From the IMG/VR virus record IMGVR_UViG_3300024339_000012, positions 25,237-89,236 of that record: a stretch of DNA of 64,000 nucleotides; one strand, 5' to 3'. The notes under the pieces were generated by a model, which saw nothing but the letters and a program-made list of their open reading frames with translations, had not been told where the DNA came from and searched no databases. Positions within the stretch are counted from its first letter, which is position 1; each line of letters begins with the position of its first letter. The DNA comes from a virus. The position numbers were made by a program, and so were the translations under genes. Shown here piece by piece: positions 35,740 through 46,566 of the stretch.

Positions 35740-36297
35740 ATGCCCGGTATATTTACAGTCAACAATAGCCATACGGTTATTCTTTCCTCAGAAGCAGTTA
35801 AACTCTGCACAGAACTTTCCAAACTTACAGAAGAACAGGTGCTCTATATAATCTTAGCTTATGATTATTTAGATAGTCCATGGCGTAGATATCCACTTGA
35901 GGATCGGAAACGACTTTCTAAAAGAAAAATTTGGGGTGATCAGGAATTTGTCCCGGAAGAATTTGCCAACATGCAATTGGCGATCGACGAATACAAAGGA
36001 TTGATTTACGATATAGATTATGAGATGCGTGATGCATTGCTCAGTAAATTAAAAACCTTAGATCATAATCTGATTATCGAAACAGATACAAGTAAGATTA
36101 ATTTGATATTACGTTCTCAGGATATTTTAAAAGCCAGGCTCGATGAACTTGATATAAAAATTGATATAAAGCAGGAAGCTATAAAACTTAAATCCAGTAA
36201 GAAGCTCAGTTATATTGAAATGTTCATGCGTAATCGCGAACAGTACAATATAAAAATGGCTGAAGTAATGAGATTAAAGGAAGAAGCTGATGCTTAA
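35740..36297 (+). CDS. protein upstream of the terminase (possible small subunit)
   Basis: Helical 185-aa ORF overlapping the TerL start; YI...D..SP.R.Y motif; assigned by synteny. Confidence 0.45.
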   Translation: MPGIFTVNNSHTVILSSEAVKLCTELSKLTEEQVLYIILAYDYLDSPWRRYPLEDRKRLSKRKIWGDQEFVPEEFANMQLAIDEYKGLIYDIDYEMRDALLSKLKTLDHNLIIETDTSKINLILRSQDILKARLDELDIKIDIKQEAIKLKSSKKLSYIEMFMRNREQYNIKMAEVMRLKEEADA

Positions 36298-38317
36298 TCT
36301 TGACAGGACAGAGTATATCTATACTCCCATAATTAAACAGGGTGGGTTTAATCCCTCTCCTGTAGCTGGCAGAATTCCTTACTGGGCGGATTCTATATCG
36401 AATCCAAAATGTGCAGGAACTAAAGCATGGGAAGATTTCTGGCTTGAGCAAATATATTATTGTTTCAATGGATACGATACTGGTGGCATACATATACCCG
36501 GGCCATATTATCACTACCTGAATTTCAATTCGATTAAAGGATTACATGGAACGATATACCCTCACTTTCTTGACGTTCACCAATCCTTATTTACCATTCG
36601 TGAAGAGATTAAAGCAGATGACACTCTTGTAGGAGCGATCATACCAAAGGCCCGTAGAAAGGGTCTTTCTTTATTTGGTAATGCACTGGCCGCTTATGGC
36701 ATGCGCTTTATTGAGGATTACCGAATGGCTGTAGCTGGTGGTCTTGAACGCTATGTAAATGGTTTCCGTGCCAAGTTATATATGTCGTACAATAACGTTC
36801 CTCCGGAACTTGCCTTGAATCACATTCGCAGAAATAGCGAAGAGATAGTTGTGGGTTATGAGGAAATGATCAACAATCAATATGAAGATGTAATTAATGC
36901 AATTGGTCTTTTCAAAACTTTACAGGACAAAGCATCAAAACTTGAAGGTGAGTTTTTCCATGATTGTATTTTTGAAGAGATGGGCGAATTTGAGAACTCA
37001 AGACCGGCATATGAGTCTATACGTCCAGCGCTTGAAATTGGTGAACAAACAAAGGGTACGTTCTGGTTCTACGGCACAGGTGGTAACATGCTTAAAGGAT
37101 CAGGTCCGTTCAAACAATTCTGGCATGAGGCTGAATCATACGGATTAGTAAAATTCTTTATCAGTGGTGCTCGTTACTATTTTCCATATTATCGTGGAGC
37201 TGTAAACCAAGATGGAATAAGCGAAGCCAAGACTCCAATACTCGACGCACAATATCCAGATCTAAAACCTGAACAGCTATTAGGTTGTGAAGATGTTAAA
37301 GCTGCTACTGATTCAATCAAGACTGAACGTTTAAAGAGAGCTAAGAATCCAAACAAAAAAGCATTAGCCGAATGGAACCAAAAATATCCACTAACAGTTG
37401 AGGAAGTATTTACATCTTCAGGATTTAATAATTTCAACAGCGATCTTCTTTATAATCAGCAATACCAAAATGATTCTAAGGAACGCAGATGGACTGAGCA
37501 TGTACTTGACTTTGTAAAAGATGACAAAGGAAATATTCAGTTACCACTTGAAGTAACAGCAAGACCGGCAAAGAAAACTGATAAGGAATGGGAGATTGTA
37601 GATATATACCTGCATCCTAAAAAGAATTATAAAAATCTTGACATTGGTGGTTTCGATGGTTATAACGAAGATCTAACTTTAACAAGTAAATCCCTGGGGG
37701 GAATTGTTGTTGTCAGAAGATTCGACGAATTTGAATATGCCGAAAAGGAACATAATGAAAAAACGGTTATCTGCCATTACATGAAGCGACCACCGAGAAA
37801 AGAACTTCATTGGGATATTGGATTAAAGGTTGCTGTTTATTATGGCCTGCTAAAAAATATGATGATATCTGCAGAGAGTGATCTTGTCATTGGATACTTC
37901 AAAGCAAACAACGGCAGAAAGTTTTTATCACCACGTCCTAAGTCATTCGAATCACAAGATTCAAAATTAGTTCATGACTATGGTGCAAAAATGACGACAT
38001 ATTCTAAGCCAAGGATGTTAGGTTTACTACAAAGTTTTGTAGAAGATTCTATAATGACATGTTTCTTTAATGTGCTTATACAAAACTTCCTTGCTTATGA
38101 CTATGAGAACATCGGAACTGACTGGGATGATGTTGATGCACTCGGGCTGGCACTCATGAGAATCAGCGACATGAAACAAAAACCTGAGAAGACTGGAGAT
38201 GCAGAATCATATGAAATTGAGATGGGCTTAGGTGATTTTAAACTGGTAAATGGTGAGATCGTAATGGAGGGAGAATATGATGATTCTCTTGATCAGGATT
38301 TCAGTTCTATGTTTTAA
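36290..38317 (+). CDS. terL: terminase large subunit (crAss-type)
   Basis: G.YYHYLNF, KARRKGLS Walker A, IFEEMGEF Walker B, GTGG, YP.T.EE.F, RNase-H GGFDGY and DDVDA. Confidence 0.9.
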   Translation: MLNLDRTEYIYTPIIKQGGFNPSPVAGRIPYWADSISNPKCAGTKAWEDFWLEQIYYCFNGYDTGGIHIPGPYYHYLNFNSIKGLHGTIYPHFLDVHQSLFTIREEIKADDTLVGAIIPKARRKGLSLFGNALAAYGMRFIEDYRMAVAGGLERYVNGFRAKLYMSYNNVPPELALNHIRRNSEEIVVGYEEMINNQYEDVINAIGLFKTLQDKASKLEGEFFHDCIFEEMGEFENSRPAYESIRPALEIGEQTKGTFWFYGTGGNMLKGSGPFKQFWHEAESYGLVKFFISGARYYFPYYRGAVNQDGISEAKTPILDAQYPDLKPEQLLGCEDVKAATDSIKTERLKRAKNPNKKALAEWNQKYPLTVEEVFTSSGFNNFNSDLLYNQQYQNDSKERRWTEHVLDFVKDDKGNIQLPLEVTARPAKKTDKEWEIVDIYLHPKKNYKNLDIGGFDGYNEDLTLTSKSLGGIVVVRRFDEFEYAEKEHNEKTVICHYMKRPPRKELHWDIGLKVAVYYGLLKNMMISAESDLVIGYFKANNGRKFLSPRPKSFESQDSKLVHDYGAKMTTYSKPRMLGLLQSFVEDSIMTCFFNVLIQNFLAYDYENIGTDWDDVDALGLALMRISDMKQKPEKTGDAESYEIEMGLGDFKLVNGEIVMEGEYDDSLDQDFSSMF

Positions 38318-38371
38318 CAGTTGACATATTTCTCATAATTTGTTTTTTTTGTATTAAATAAGAACAAAATA

Positions 38372-40573
38372 ATGTCATTACCTATAGCGACAGTTGAATC
38401 TGAAAAGACCAAGGATAAGAATATGGAATACATTGATTCCATAATTCAATTCCATAAAAACAATGCAGGTGTTAGGGAAACAGTCATAAACGACCTATAT
38501 GATTCCTATAATGGCATTGTTAAAAAGAAAACTAAAGTTCTACTTGAGAAGAAATTCGGAAAACAGATATCAACCCAATTCCTCGACTACAAGTTGGGGC
38601 ATGCTAAAATAAAGCTCTTAAAGGGCGAGTACTTAGGTATTGAATTCTCTCCAACCGTAACATCAATAAACCCAGACATACTTGACAAAAGGATAAAGTT
38701 CGCCAACAAATTACGTGGCGCAGCTAAAATGAAAAAATTCCTCACTGCATTAAAGAAGCAACATGACGTAGATCCTATGGAGGGGCTTGACATTCCTGAA
38801 CCAGATGATCCGGACATGCAAAACAAAATGTTTCCGAAGACTGCTAACGAAATTGTTATGCAGCATATCATTGACGAAAAGATTGAATCAGGATACTTAA
38901 AGCTAAAAGGCCAAAGCACTTTCATGGATATTATAATTGGAAGTGAATGTCATGCAGTTGTTGAGAGAGACGCTTATGGTGAGGATACCATAAGAATGAT
39001 AGCTCCTGAAGATGCCGTATTTCAGGAACTGACTGACGATCCATTTGCTCTTGAATCTCCATTCAAAGGTGAACGTAAGTGGATGTATGTCAAAGATGTT
39101 ATTACTCGGTTTCCAAAATTAACAGATCCGGAACGCAAAAGATTAAAAGAAGGTTTTGCAATGGCTTCTGGTAATCATGGAGGTGATAACAAAGGTTTCC
39201 GTTCAATCAATGGTATTCCTGCAGTTGAGGTTTATATTCTACAATGGAAGAATACGAAAGCTGAATACACTAAGGTTACTGAAGTTGATGGCAAACCCAA
39301 CTATTACAGAGACATTACAAAAAAATACACTGAGGATAAGAAGTATAAGAAAGAAGTCGATCGTGATGTTAAGGCAGGTAAGTATAAAGTTGAAGTTGAT
39401 TACCATGACGATCTATGGCAAGGTATAAGAATTGATCAGGATATCTATACTGAAGTTGAAAGGACTGAATCACAAATCCAAAGATTAACAAGCAGCAATA
39501 AATACCGGGCTGAATACGATTATGTTAATTTCCTTTTCGGAACAGTCAATGGTATTCGTATGAGTCTTCAGGGACTAATCTCAGGACTTTCTGAAGTGAA
39601 CAATATTATCATGCATATGATGGTGCGTGAAATAAAGAAAATGAAAGGAAAAGTTTTCGTTTATGATGAAGCTGTAAAGCCTAAGCATAAGCTAATGAAA
39701 AACATTTTCTTTGACATTACTGAAAATGGTGTAATCACTATCAACTCAAGTGCTGAAGGTAACTTTAGCAATACCGATGTTCAGAATGCAGTCAAACTTA
39801 TACAGGAATTAGATCTTGGTCTTTCACAGAGTTTTGATATACTTCTCAAAGTAAAGAATGATGTTGAGAATACGATGGATCGTATTACCGGCATCAATGA
39901 AAGCAGGGAAGGTCAAAGTCCAACCTCACAGACTGCTACTGGTACAATGCAGAACATTGAAGCATCAAGATCAATTACCAGAGATATATTCTACGGACAT
40001 CAAATGTTTATGAATAGATTGTTCTCTAATTTAGTTGAGAAAACGAAATTGAATGCAAAGTATCTGGATTCCAATCGTGCTAAGATATTACTTGGCGACA
40101 ATGGAATAAATTTCATAAAAGCATCTTCGGACTTTATGTTCGATGACTTTGATGTTAAGTTCACTGATGGTGGCAGGGAAAAGGAAATTCGTGATAAGGT
40201 AGCCAGGTTCTTTGATGTTGAGATTAACAGTGGAAATCTAAGGACTCAAGATGTTATTAAGTTTGATATGACTAAGAATCTTAATGATGGTATCAGGGTA
40301 CTTCAAGCTGCATGGGGAACTATAACTCAAGTAAGACGTGAGGAACTTCAGGCACAAAGCGAACAGCAACAGCAACAAATACAAGGACAGCAACAATTAG
40401 CACAGGAAGATCGTGAAGATCGTCAAGCTCATGAGAAGGAATTGAAACAAATGGATCTTGATAGTAAAGAACGTACCAAAGGAACTGAACTTGAACAAAA
40501 GGATAAATCTGATCAGGTAAAATCTGACACAATTATAAATAAAGAATCTATATCTAATAACGATTCAAATTAA
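38372..40573 (+). CDS. portal protein
   Basis: 733 aa after TerL; YNG..., LDLGLS, ITGI...REGQ, Q-rich coiled C-terminus. Confidence 0.85.
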   Translation: MSLPIATVESEKTKDKNMEYIDSIIQFHKNNAGVRETVINDLYDSYNGIVKKKTKVLLEKKFGKQISTQFLDYKLGHAKIKLLKGEYLGIEFSPTVTSINPDILDKRIKFANKLRGAAKMKKFLTALKKQHDVDPMEGLDIPEPDDPDMQNKMFPKTANEIVMQHIIDEKIESGYLKLKGQSTFMDIIIGSECHAVVERDAYGEDTIRMIAPEDAVFQELTDDPFALESPFKGERKWMYVKDVITRFPKLTDPERKRLKEGFAMASGNHGGDNKGFRSINGIPAVEVYILQWKNTKAEYTKVTEVDGKPNYYRDITKKYTEDKKYKKEVDRDVKAGKYKVEVDYHDDLWQGIRIDQDIYTEVERTESQIQRLTSSNKYRAEYDYVNFLFGTVNGIRMSLQGLISGLSEVNNIIMHMMVREIKKMKGKVFVYDEAVKPKHKLMKNIFFDITENGVITINSSAEGNFSNTDVQNAVKLIQELDLGLSQSFDILLKVKNDVENTMDRITGINESREGQSPTSQTATGTMQNIEASRSITRDIFYGHQMFMNRLFSNLVEKTKLNAKYLDSNRAKILLGDNGINFIKASSDFMFDDFDVKFTDGGREKEIRDKVARFFDVEINSGNLRTQDVIKFDMTKNLNDGIRVLQAAWGTITQVRREELQAQSEQQQQQIQGQQQLAQEDREDRQAHEKELKQMDLDSKERTKGTELEQKDKSDQVKSDTIINKESISNNDSN

Positions 40574-40583
40574 ACTCTCTATC

Positions 40584-41873
40584 ATGAAAAATGAAAATGG
40601 AAATGAAATTGATGAAAACAAAGACCTCAACGATCCTAAGAAAACTGGATATGAAGGCACAGGTGAGACCGACACGTTTGGTCAAATAGAAGTTGAAGAC
40701 AATGTTGAAACTCCCGGTGAGAAGAAACCTGCCATTGACGAAGAAAAAGCCAAAGCCAAAGATCTTGAGAAAGATGACAAGGATGGCGAACAGAAGGCCA
40801 AAGATCAGGCTGCTGAATTTGAGGCTGAACAGGAAAAAACAGGTAAGGAACTTGAAGAAGAAATTGACAAAGACCTACCTGATGCTGAAAAGGATAAGGA
40901 CAAAGAAAAAGACAAGGAAACTGTTGATGACAAGGACAAAGAAAAAGAGCCTGAACTGTTCGATACTGATAAGCTGGAAGAGGATCTGGAAACAGAAACC
41001 AATGTTAAGAAAACTGCTGAAACTGTCAACTGGGAAGATGTTTCTAAAACTATCAAATTACCAGATGACTTAAAGATCGTTCCTAAAGAAAATACTCTTG
41101 AGGGATTTAAAGAAGCCGTTAAAGTTTCCATTGAAGCCGCAACCAAAAAGACTGAATTCAATCTTGATGGTTTTGAAGATGATACCAAAGAAGTTATTAA
41201 TTACTTTGTAAATAAAGGCAGTAAGGAAGACTTACTTAGACCATTAAAAGAAATTGATGATTACATAATAATGAAGCCAGAGGAAAAGGTAAAAGAATTC
41301 CTGATGGAGTCTGAAAAGTTATCTGAAGAAGATGCTGATGCCAAGATCAATGATATGATTGAGGCAGAAACATTTGATGCCAAGGTTAAGGATATTGACA
41401 GTAAACTACTTAACTTAAGGGAGACTACATTTAAAAGTATTATCTCTAAAAGGCAGGATGACACTACTGTTTTGGCAGAAGCCAAGAAAGAAGAAAATAA
41501 AGAAATGACCGACTATGTTGACGAAATGAAATCCTTTATGGGGGTTAAACTTCCAGACAAAGTTAAATCATATATCAAAAAAGAAATTGATGCCGGAAAG
41601 TTAGCAAAGATGAATAACAATGCAGAAGCACAGGTTCTCGCTCGCTTATTTATGCTTTACGGAACAGATATTCTCAAAAAAATCAATGAAGGAACAAAAG
41701 ATGCTTCTCGTAAGGGGTATAATGATGGATTGAAAAAAGAAAAAAGTAAAATCCATAATTTGCCTCCTAAAGAAAAGGCCAAAAGCGCTATTGAACAGCA
41801 GAAGCAAAGTATTTCGACAGATCCTCTTGCATTGTTTGAGAATATGGATGACGATTCTATTGGCATAGAATAG
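40584..41873 (+). CDS. acidic scaffold-like protein
   Basis: Very D/E/K-rich, between portal and major capsid. Confidence 0.6.
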   Translation: MKNENGNEIDENKDLNDPKKTGYEGTGETDTFGQIEVEDNVETPGEKKPAIDEEKAKAKDLEKDDKDGEQKAKDQAAEFEAEQEKTGKELEEEIDKDLPDAEKDKDKEKDKETVDDKDKEKEPELFDTDKLEEDLETETNVKKTAETVNWEDVSKTIKLPDDLKIVPKENTLEGFKEAVKVSIEAATKKTEFNLDGFEDDTKEVINYFVNKGSKEDLLRPLKEIDDYIIMKPEEKVKEFLMESEKLSEEDADAKINDMIEAETFDAKVKDIDSKLLNLRETTFKSIISKRQDDTTVLAEAKKEENKEMTDYVDEMKSFMGVKLPDKVKSYIKKEIDAGKLAKMNNNAEAQVLARLFMLYGTDILKKINEGTKDASRKGYNDGLKKEKSKIHNLPPKEKAKSAIEQQKQSISTDPLALFENMDDDSIGIE

Positions 41874-41920
41874 CTGATCGCCCGGAGTTTATTATTTATT
41901 AATATTTTAAACTCAAGAAA

Positions 41921-43435
41921 ATGGGAAAAATACAAATTACTGAGGGAACATGGAATGATGAGTGTACGACTCATTTGAACCTTACTAATGCGAATACATT
42001 AGATCCCTCGAAAGGTTACGATAAAGTGATCACTTATGGCGAGAAACGCTATCTGATGACCTTTATCACAGCAGGCGCTACCAATGGTGCGTTTACTGTA
42101 CCTCGTACAACTGAAGCTTATAAAACCAGAATTCCACAAGTACCGAAAGGTGAGTTGATTGATGGTAAAGCATGGCGTTATAATATCATGGGCAGAATTC
42201 AACGTGCCGCTGAGATATTAGGAACTGCTCCTGTAGGAACACCAACAGCTGGTACAACCAGTGCAGGTGGATTCTTTGTATTGAAAATGCTTGATAATTA
42301 CCTACAGCCTGACATGAATGCTGTTTTCTATAATGGAAAAATGGCTCGTGTACAAGGACAACCTCGTAAGGCTCCTGGTTATTATATTTATACTTTCCAA
42401 ACCTTCCCCGGCGAAACTTTTGCATGGAGTACTTGGATTGCACCACAGCCCGGAAAGAAAACTCTATTTGGTGGTTATACCACTCATGGTGAGCGTTCAT
42501 TAAGGGGTTACGGAAGAGCTCATTATCCTAACCAGTATATTAACCACATGACTATTCAACGTAAAGGTGCTGCTATCACAGGTGATGCCAACGCTGAAAG
42601 AGTTTTATGGTATATGACTACTAAGGGTGAAGAATCGAGTAAAGGTTGGATCTACTGGGTAGAACAGCAAGCTCGTGCTCAATTCCTAATGGAAGATGAA
42701 TATCAAAAATGGTGGGGAAAATCTACTATGAAAGATGCCAATGGTAACTTACTTAGTACTCCTTCTATGATTGATCCTGAAACTGGAATGCCAATTACAG
42801 CCGGTGACGGTTATGTTGAGCAGGTTAAAGGTGCAAATGATGTTGAAGCTTCTGGAACTGACGGATTAGCCGAATGGGATGACTTTTCTGACTTGATCAG
42901 AGAGGTTAAGAAACATGCCAATGATACAGGTGGTCGTTTGTTTTATTTCGTGACTGGTGCCGATGGTATTGAGAACGTACATAATAAGGCTTTGGCTCAT
43001 GGTATTACCAATTACAATCTTACACAGTTTGTTAAGCAGACTTCTGCAGTTGGTGGTGCTACTCCAGGTGTTGGTATGAATTTCCAAATTCTTAACATAC
43101 ATGGTCAAACATGTGTATTTGTTGAGAACCCAATGATGGATGATGCTGAGAAGTTCCCACGTAGATTAAGTAACGGTCGTTTGGCTATGTCAAATACTTA
43201 TTACTTAGTTGATGCGTCAAGGAATGAAACTGGTCGTCCTAACGTTGAGATCAGAACTCGTGGTCGTCAAGGTGTAAACCGTAATATGGTATATTTCTAC
43301 CTAAACGGAATGACCGGTGATGGTAAACCTATGACAGCTGTTGATGCTAAGGAATTCCAAATGTTAAAGGAAAATATGTTCGTGATTTACTGTACTAAAT
43401 CTAATGGTATTATAAGTCCTCCTGAAACTGCCTAA
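41921..43435 (+). CDS. major capsid protein (crAss-type)
   Basis: 504 aa; N.MTIQRK...ITG, WWGKS, G..I..GDG..EQ, TG..G motifs; followed by a terminator; synteny. Confidence 0.85.
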   Translation: MGKIQITEGTWNDECTTHLNLTNANTLDPSKGYDKVITYGEKRYLMTFITAGATNGAFTVPRTTEAYKTRIPQVPKGELIDGKAWRYNIMGRIQRAAEILGTAPVGTPTAGTTSAGGFFVLKMLDNYLQPDMNAVFYNGKMARVQGQPRKAPGYYIYTFQTFPGETFAWSTWIAPQPGKKTLFGGYTTHGERSLRGYGRAHYPNQYINHMTIQRKGAAITGDANAERVLWYMTTKGEESSKGWIYWVEQQARAQFLMEDEYQKWWGKSTMKDANGNLLSTPSMIDPETGMPITAGDGYVEQVKGANDVEASGTDGLAEWDDFSDLIREVKKHANDTGGRLFYFVTGADGIENVHNKALAHGITNYNLTQFVKQTSAVGGATPGVGMNFQILNIHGQTCVFVENPMMDDAEKFPRRLSNGRLAMSNTYYLVDASRNETGRPNVEIRTRGRQGVNRNMVYFYLNGMTGDGKPMTAVDAKEFQMLKENMFVIYCTKSNGIISPPETA

Positions 43436-43443
43436 TAGAAATT

Positions 43444-43478
43444 ACTAAGGGGGTACTTAACGGTATCCCCATTAGTTT
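43444..43478 (+). terminator. terminator hairpin after the major capsid gene
   Basis: actaagggggtac...gtatccccattagt. Confidence 0.6.
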
Positions 43479-43523
43479 ACTTAAATATATATATATATAA
43501 AAAACAATAAAAATCTCTCTCTC

Positions 43524-44387
43524 ATGGAAAATAGGTTAAAAGGTAATCAGACATTAATAACATTCGAGCAACGGGAAGAAATGCCTTTTCTCGAATACGG
43601 TGAAAATATAAAAGTAAGAGTTTGTGACTTTGAGAAGTTCAGACAGGAAATTATTAAAGATCGGAAAGAAAAAGGAATGGCAATGACCATAGAATTGAAA
43701 GCTATAAAGATCGATAAGAACAAAGAACTTAGCGATACTATATCATGGAGTAAAGACCATGCTACGGCTATCTATTACGGTATCCCATTCGGATTGCACC
43801 CTGACGGCAACGTTAAGTGGCGCAAGATTCTTCTCCAGGAATTTAACAGTTTCAACCTAATGAACCCGGACGAAGCAAAACAATGGATAACATTGATGAT
43901 GCACCCGCACGTTCAAGGATCTCCTTTTCAACGCACAGACCCGTTATTCTATGTTTATGATGAGGATGTAGAAGCAGCAAAAGATGCAAGTAAAGCCATG
44001 ACCGTTTCAAATGCAATTCAAAAGGCATTTAAAATGAAAGGGCCGGAAATACTTTCTTTCCACAGGTATCTTGCGCTTCCATTACCTGCAGAAGTAAATA
44101 AAAAACGCATTAAGAATGACCTGACTAAATTTGCAATGGAAAACCCAGAAGAATTCATGAATAGGTACGATGATCCAAATCGTAAACTCGGTGAAATTTT
44201 TGGCAGCGGCAAAGCCCTCGGTGTAATCATTTTCGATGCGGATAAAGGATTTACTTATAAAGGAACTTTCCTCGGACACACTGACATTGAAAGTCTACGT
44301 TTTCTCGAAGAAGACACGATTACCCTGAGCAGTCTGAAAGCTCGTATAGACGAACTGGATACTGATCAGAAGAATTTTGTAAATTAA
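43524..44387 (+). CDS. conserved crAss-like protein downstream of the major capsid gene
   Basis: A.ENPEEF...A..LGVI.....F.Y.G..LG pattern; synteny. Confidence 0.65.
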   Translation: MENRLKGNQTLITFEQREEMPFLEYGENIKVRVCDFEKFRQEIIKDRKEKGMAMTIELKAIKIDKNKELSDTISWSKDHATAIYYGIPFGLHPDGNVKWRKILLQEFNSFNLMNPDEAKQWITLMMHPHVQGSPFQRTDPLFYVYDEDVEAAKDASKAMTVSNAIQKAFKMKGPEILSFHRYLALPLPAEVNKKRIKNDLTKFAMENPEEFMNRYDDPNRKLGEIFGSGKALGVIIFDADKGFTYKGTFLGHTDIESLRFLEEDTITLSSLKARIDELDTDQKNFVN

Positions 44388-44405
44388 CACTCTAAATATA
44401 ATGTC

Positions 44406-45245
44406 ATGAATATAGTTGCCCTACAATATAAATCGATGTTTTTTCTCGATTCTGAGAAGAGTCCGAGATTTAAGAAGAAAGCAATTGATAAGGCTATCAA
44501 TTCAGCTATTAATGATATTGTGCTTGACAGGTATGATAACATTCGAAAAAAACAAAAAGAATACGCTTTTCAGACAGCCCAGCGACTACGTGATGAATTA
44601 TACAGTATTGTTAAAGAGGCACCAGCTTTAACTGTTGCCAGTGATATTATTGCTTTGACACAGATAACCGACTATTGGCTCTTGTTAGCCATGAGGGTTG
44701 ATATCAGTGGCAAGGTAATTAATACCATTCCTTTGACATATGATGAGTTAAACATAGTGGAGATCGATCCATTTGTACGACCATCAATTGTATATCCTGA
44801 ACGTGTATATCGCATAGAGTCATCTGAAGGTGTTAAAATTGTTTTTGGAGATACAGGATCATTAGTTTCCGGACATGCTTATTACTTGATGAAACCTGCA
44901 AAGGTTAACATTGGTACGGAAATAAGTGATACCGTTACTGAAATTTTGTCAGAAACAAAGATCATTGCTTACGTTGACAGTGCTTACGATTTATATGCAG
45001 TAGGTGGTGGAATTATTGGTTCAGGAACTCTTGCTGAAGAGGAAGAGTTTACAGTACCAGTAGATCCTGTTAAATACATCAAACTAACCTCTGGCATTGT
45101 GTTTAAAGATTATACTGACACAGATTTACCTGACATGCTACATGAAGAGATAGCTCGCAAGGCAGCAGCTATCCTGAGTGGAAATGTAGAAAACTACAAT
45201 CGCGAAAAATCGCTTGAAAAGGATATCCACAATAATGATCAGTAA
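44406..45245 (+). CDS. tail ring / head-tail connector protein
   Basis: D...SP.F....ID..IN.A; C-terminal LP..LHEEI...A. Confidence 0.7.
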   Translation: MNIVALQYKSMFFLDSEKSPRFKKKAIDKAINSAINDIVLDRYDNIRKKQKEYAFQTAQRLRDELYSIVKEAPALTVASDIIALTQITDYWLLLAMRVDISGKVINTIPLTYDELNIVEIDPFVRPSIVYPERVYRIESSEGVKIVFGDTGSLVSGHAYYLMKPAKVNIGTEISDTVTEILSETKIIAYVDSAYDLYAVGGGIIGSGTLAEEEEFTVPVDPVKYIKLTSGIVFKDYTDTDLPDMLHEEIARKAAAILSGNVENYNREKSLEKDIHNNDQ

Positions 45246-45315
45246 TTGCCTTTTGAAATTACTTGATGTAGCTTTGTCATAATTATTAACTAACAATTAA
45301 CAAATATCTAATACG

Positions 45316-46479
45316 ATGGAAACTATTGTTGTAAAAAAAGGCATCATAAATGTAGCAGAAGCTGCAGGTGCAAACGTTAAAGTAGACGCCGCTGACGGCG
45401 CATTTCCGGGACAAACAATTGTCTGCTTAGATGCAGCTGTTACGCCTCCTGTTGAGATTATTTCCCCAATACCTAAAGGTGTACCCGTAAAAGGGATCAA
45501 AATGAATGCTCAGGCTGAGGTCAGGCAACATACACTTATTGGTAGAGCTCAAGAAACTATTGTAGCAAGTACACGTTATCGCATTGAGTTGTGGAACGGT
45601 AAAGAACATGAAGGTGAACGTCAAAGTCCTTTCAGGTTTGCATTTACATCAGCCGCTGTGCTTTCGGGCAATGCAGCAACTGATAGAGTAAATGTATATA
45701 CCGCTTTGCAGAATAAGATCAATGCTTACGGAGGTGCTTATGCAACTGCATATATTGTATCTTCAGTAGCTTACACACTTGGTAAAACTGCCGTTCCTGT
45801 TGTGGGTGAAACCGTAACACAGGAAACTTCAGGTGCTACTGCAATTATCGCTGCTGTTGTTCAGGCAACTAACGATATTGATGGTGCTGATTCAACTGGA
45901 GTAATTTACTTATGTAACCTTTCAGGAACATGGAGTGCTGCTGCAAAAACCTTAACAGGTGGAACATCAACTGCAGTAATGACAACCAACGCAGTTTTAA
46001 CAGCTGGTGAAGGATTACTGATCATTGATGACGCAGGATATTACGGTCCACGTCCTAACGGTCAAAGAAAACTTTCTGAAATTCAAGTTACACAAGGATT
46101 CACAACTGCTATTGTTGAAGGTCTTGCCTCTACAATTACAACTTTGACTGCTGATGGTGTAGCAACTGGATTGCCTGGTCTATACTCATTTGGAATTGGA
46201 ACACGAATGTTGCAAGACGTTCCTACTTTCTTTCCCGGTGGTTACGGACTTGTTGATGGAGAAGCAGAAGCACAATATAATGTTGCGCCTCTTGCTGGAA
46301 CTACCTATCGTTGTTTCATAATTGAAACTGACTACAATGCCTCTGATACTAACATGCGTAATGCAGCAATGAATACTCCTTACTGGTGGATTCTTTATGT
46401 TAATATTGATGCAGGATCTACAAAAGTTGACGCTTTTGAAACCGCTTTGGAAGCTGGACTGGGAATAACATTCTCATAA
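45316..46479 (+). CDS. putative auxiliary capsid/decoration protein
   Basis: A/G/T-rich; inserted VGETVTQ.TSGATA beta domain; followed by a strong terminator; synteny. Confidence 0.5.
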   Translation: METIVVKKGIINVAEAAGANVKVDAADGAFPGQTIVCLDAAVTPPVEIISPIPKGVPVKGIKMNAQAEVRQHTLIGRAQETIVASTRYRIELWNGKEHEGERQSPFRFAFTSAAVLSGNAATDRVNVYTALQNKINAYGGAYATAYIVSSVAYTLGKTAVPVVGETVTQETSGATAIIAAVVQATNDIDGADSTGVIYLCNLSGTWSAAAKTLTGGTSTAVMTTNAVLTAGEGLLIIDDAGYYGPRPNGQRKLSEIQVTQGFTTAIVEGLASTITTLTADGVATGLPGLYSFGIGTRMLQDVPTFFPGGYGLVDGEAEAQYNVAPLAGTTYRCFIIETDYNASDTNMRNAAMNTPYWWILYVNIDAGSTKVDAFETALEAGLGITFS

Positions 46480-46501
46480 TATTATCATTTAATTGAAACT
46501 T

Positions 46502-46537
46502 AAAAGGGTAAGGATTAAATTGCCTTACCCTTTTTTT
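46502..46537 (+). terminator. intrinsic terminator
   Basis: aaaagggtaagg...ccttacccttttttt. Confidence 0.8.
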
Positions 46538-46566
46538 ATAAATATAAATAATTAAAAGACAAAGCG

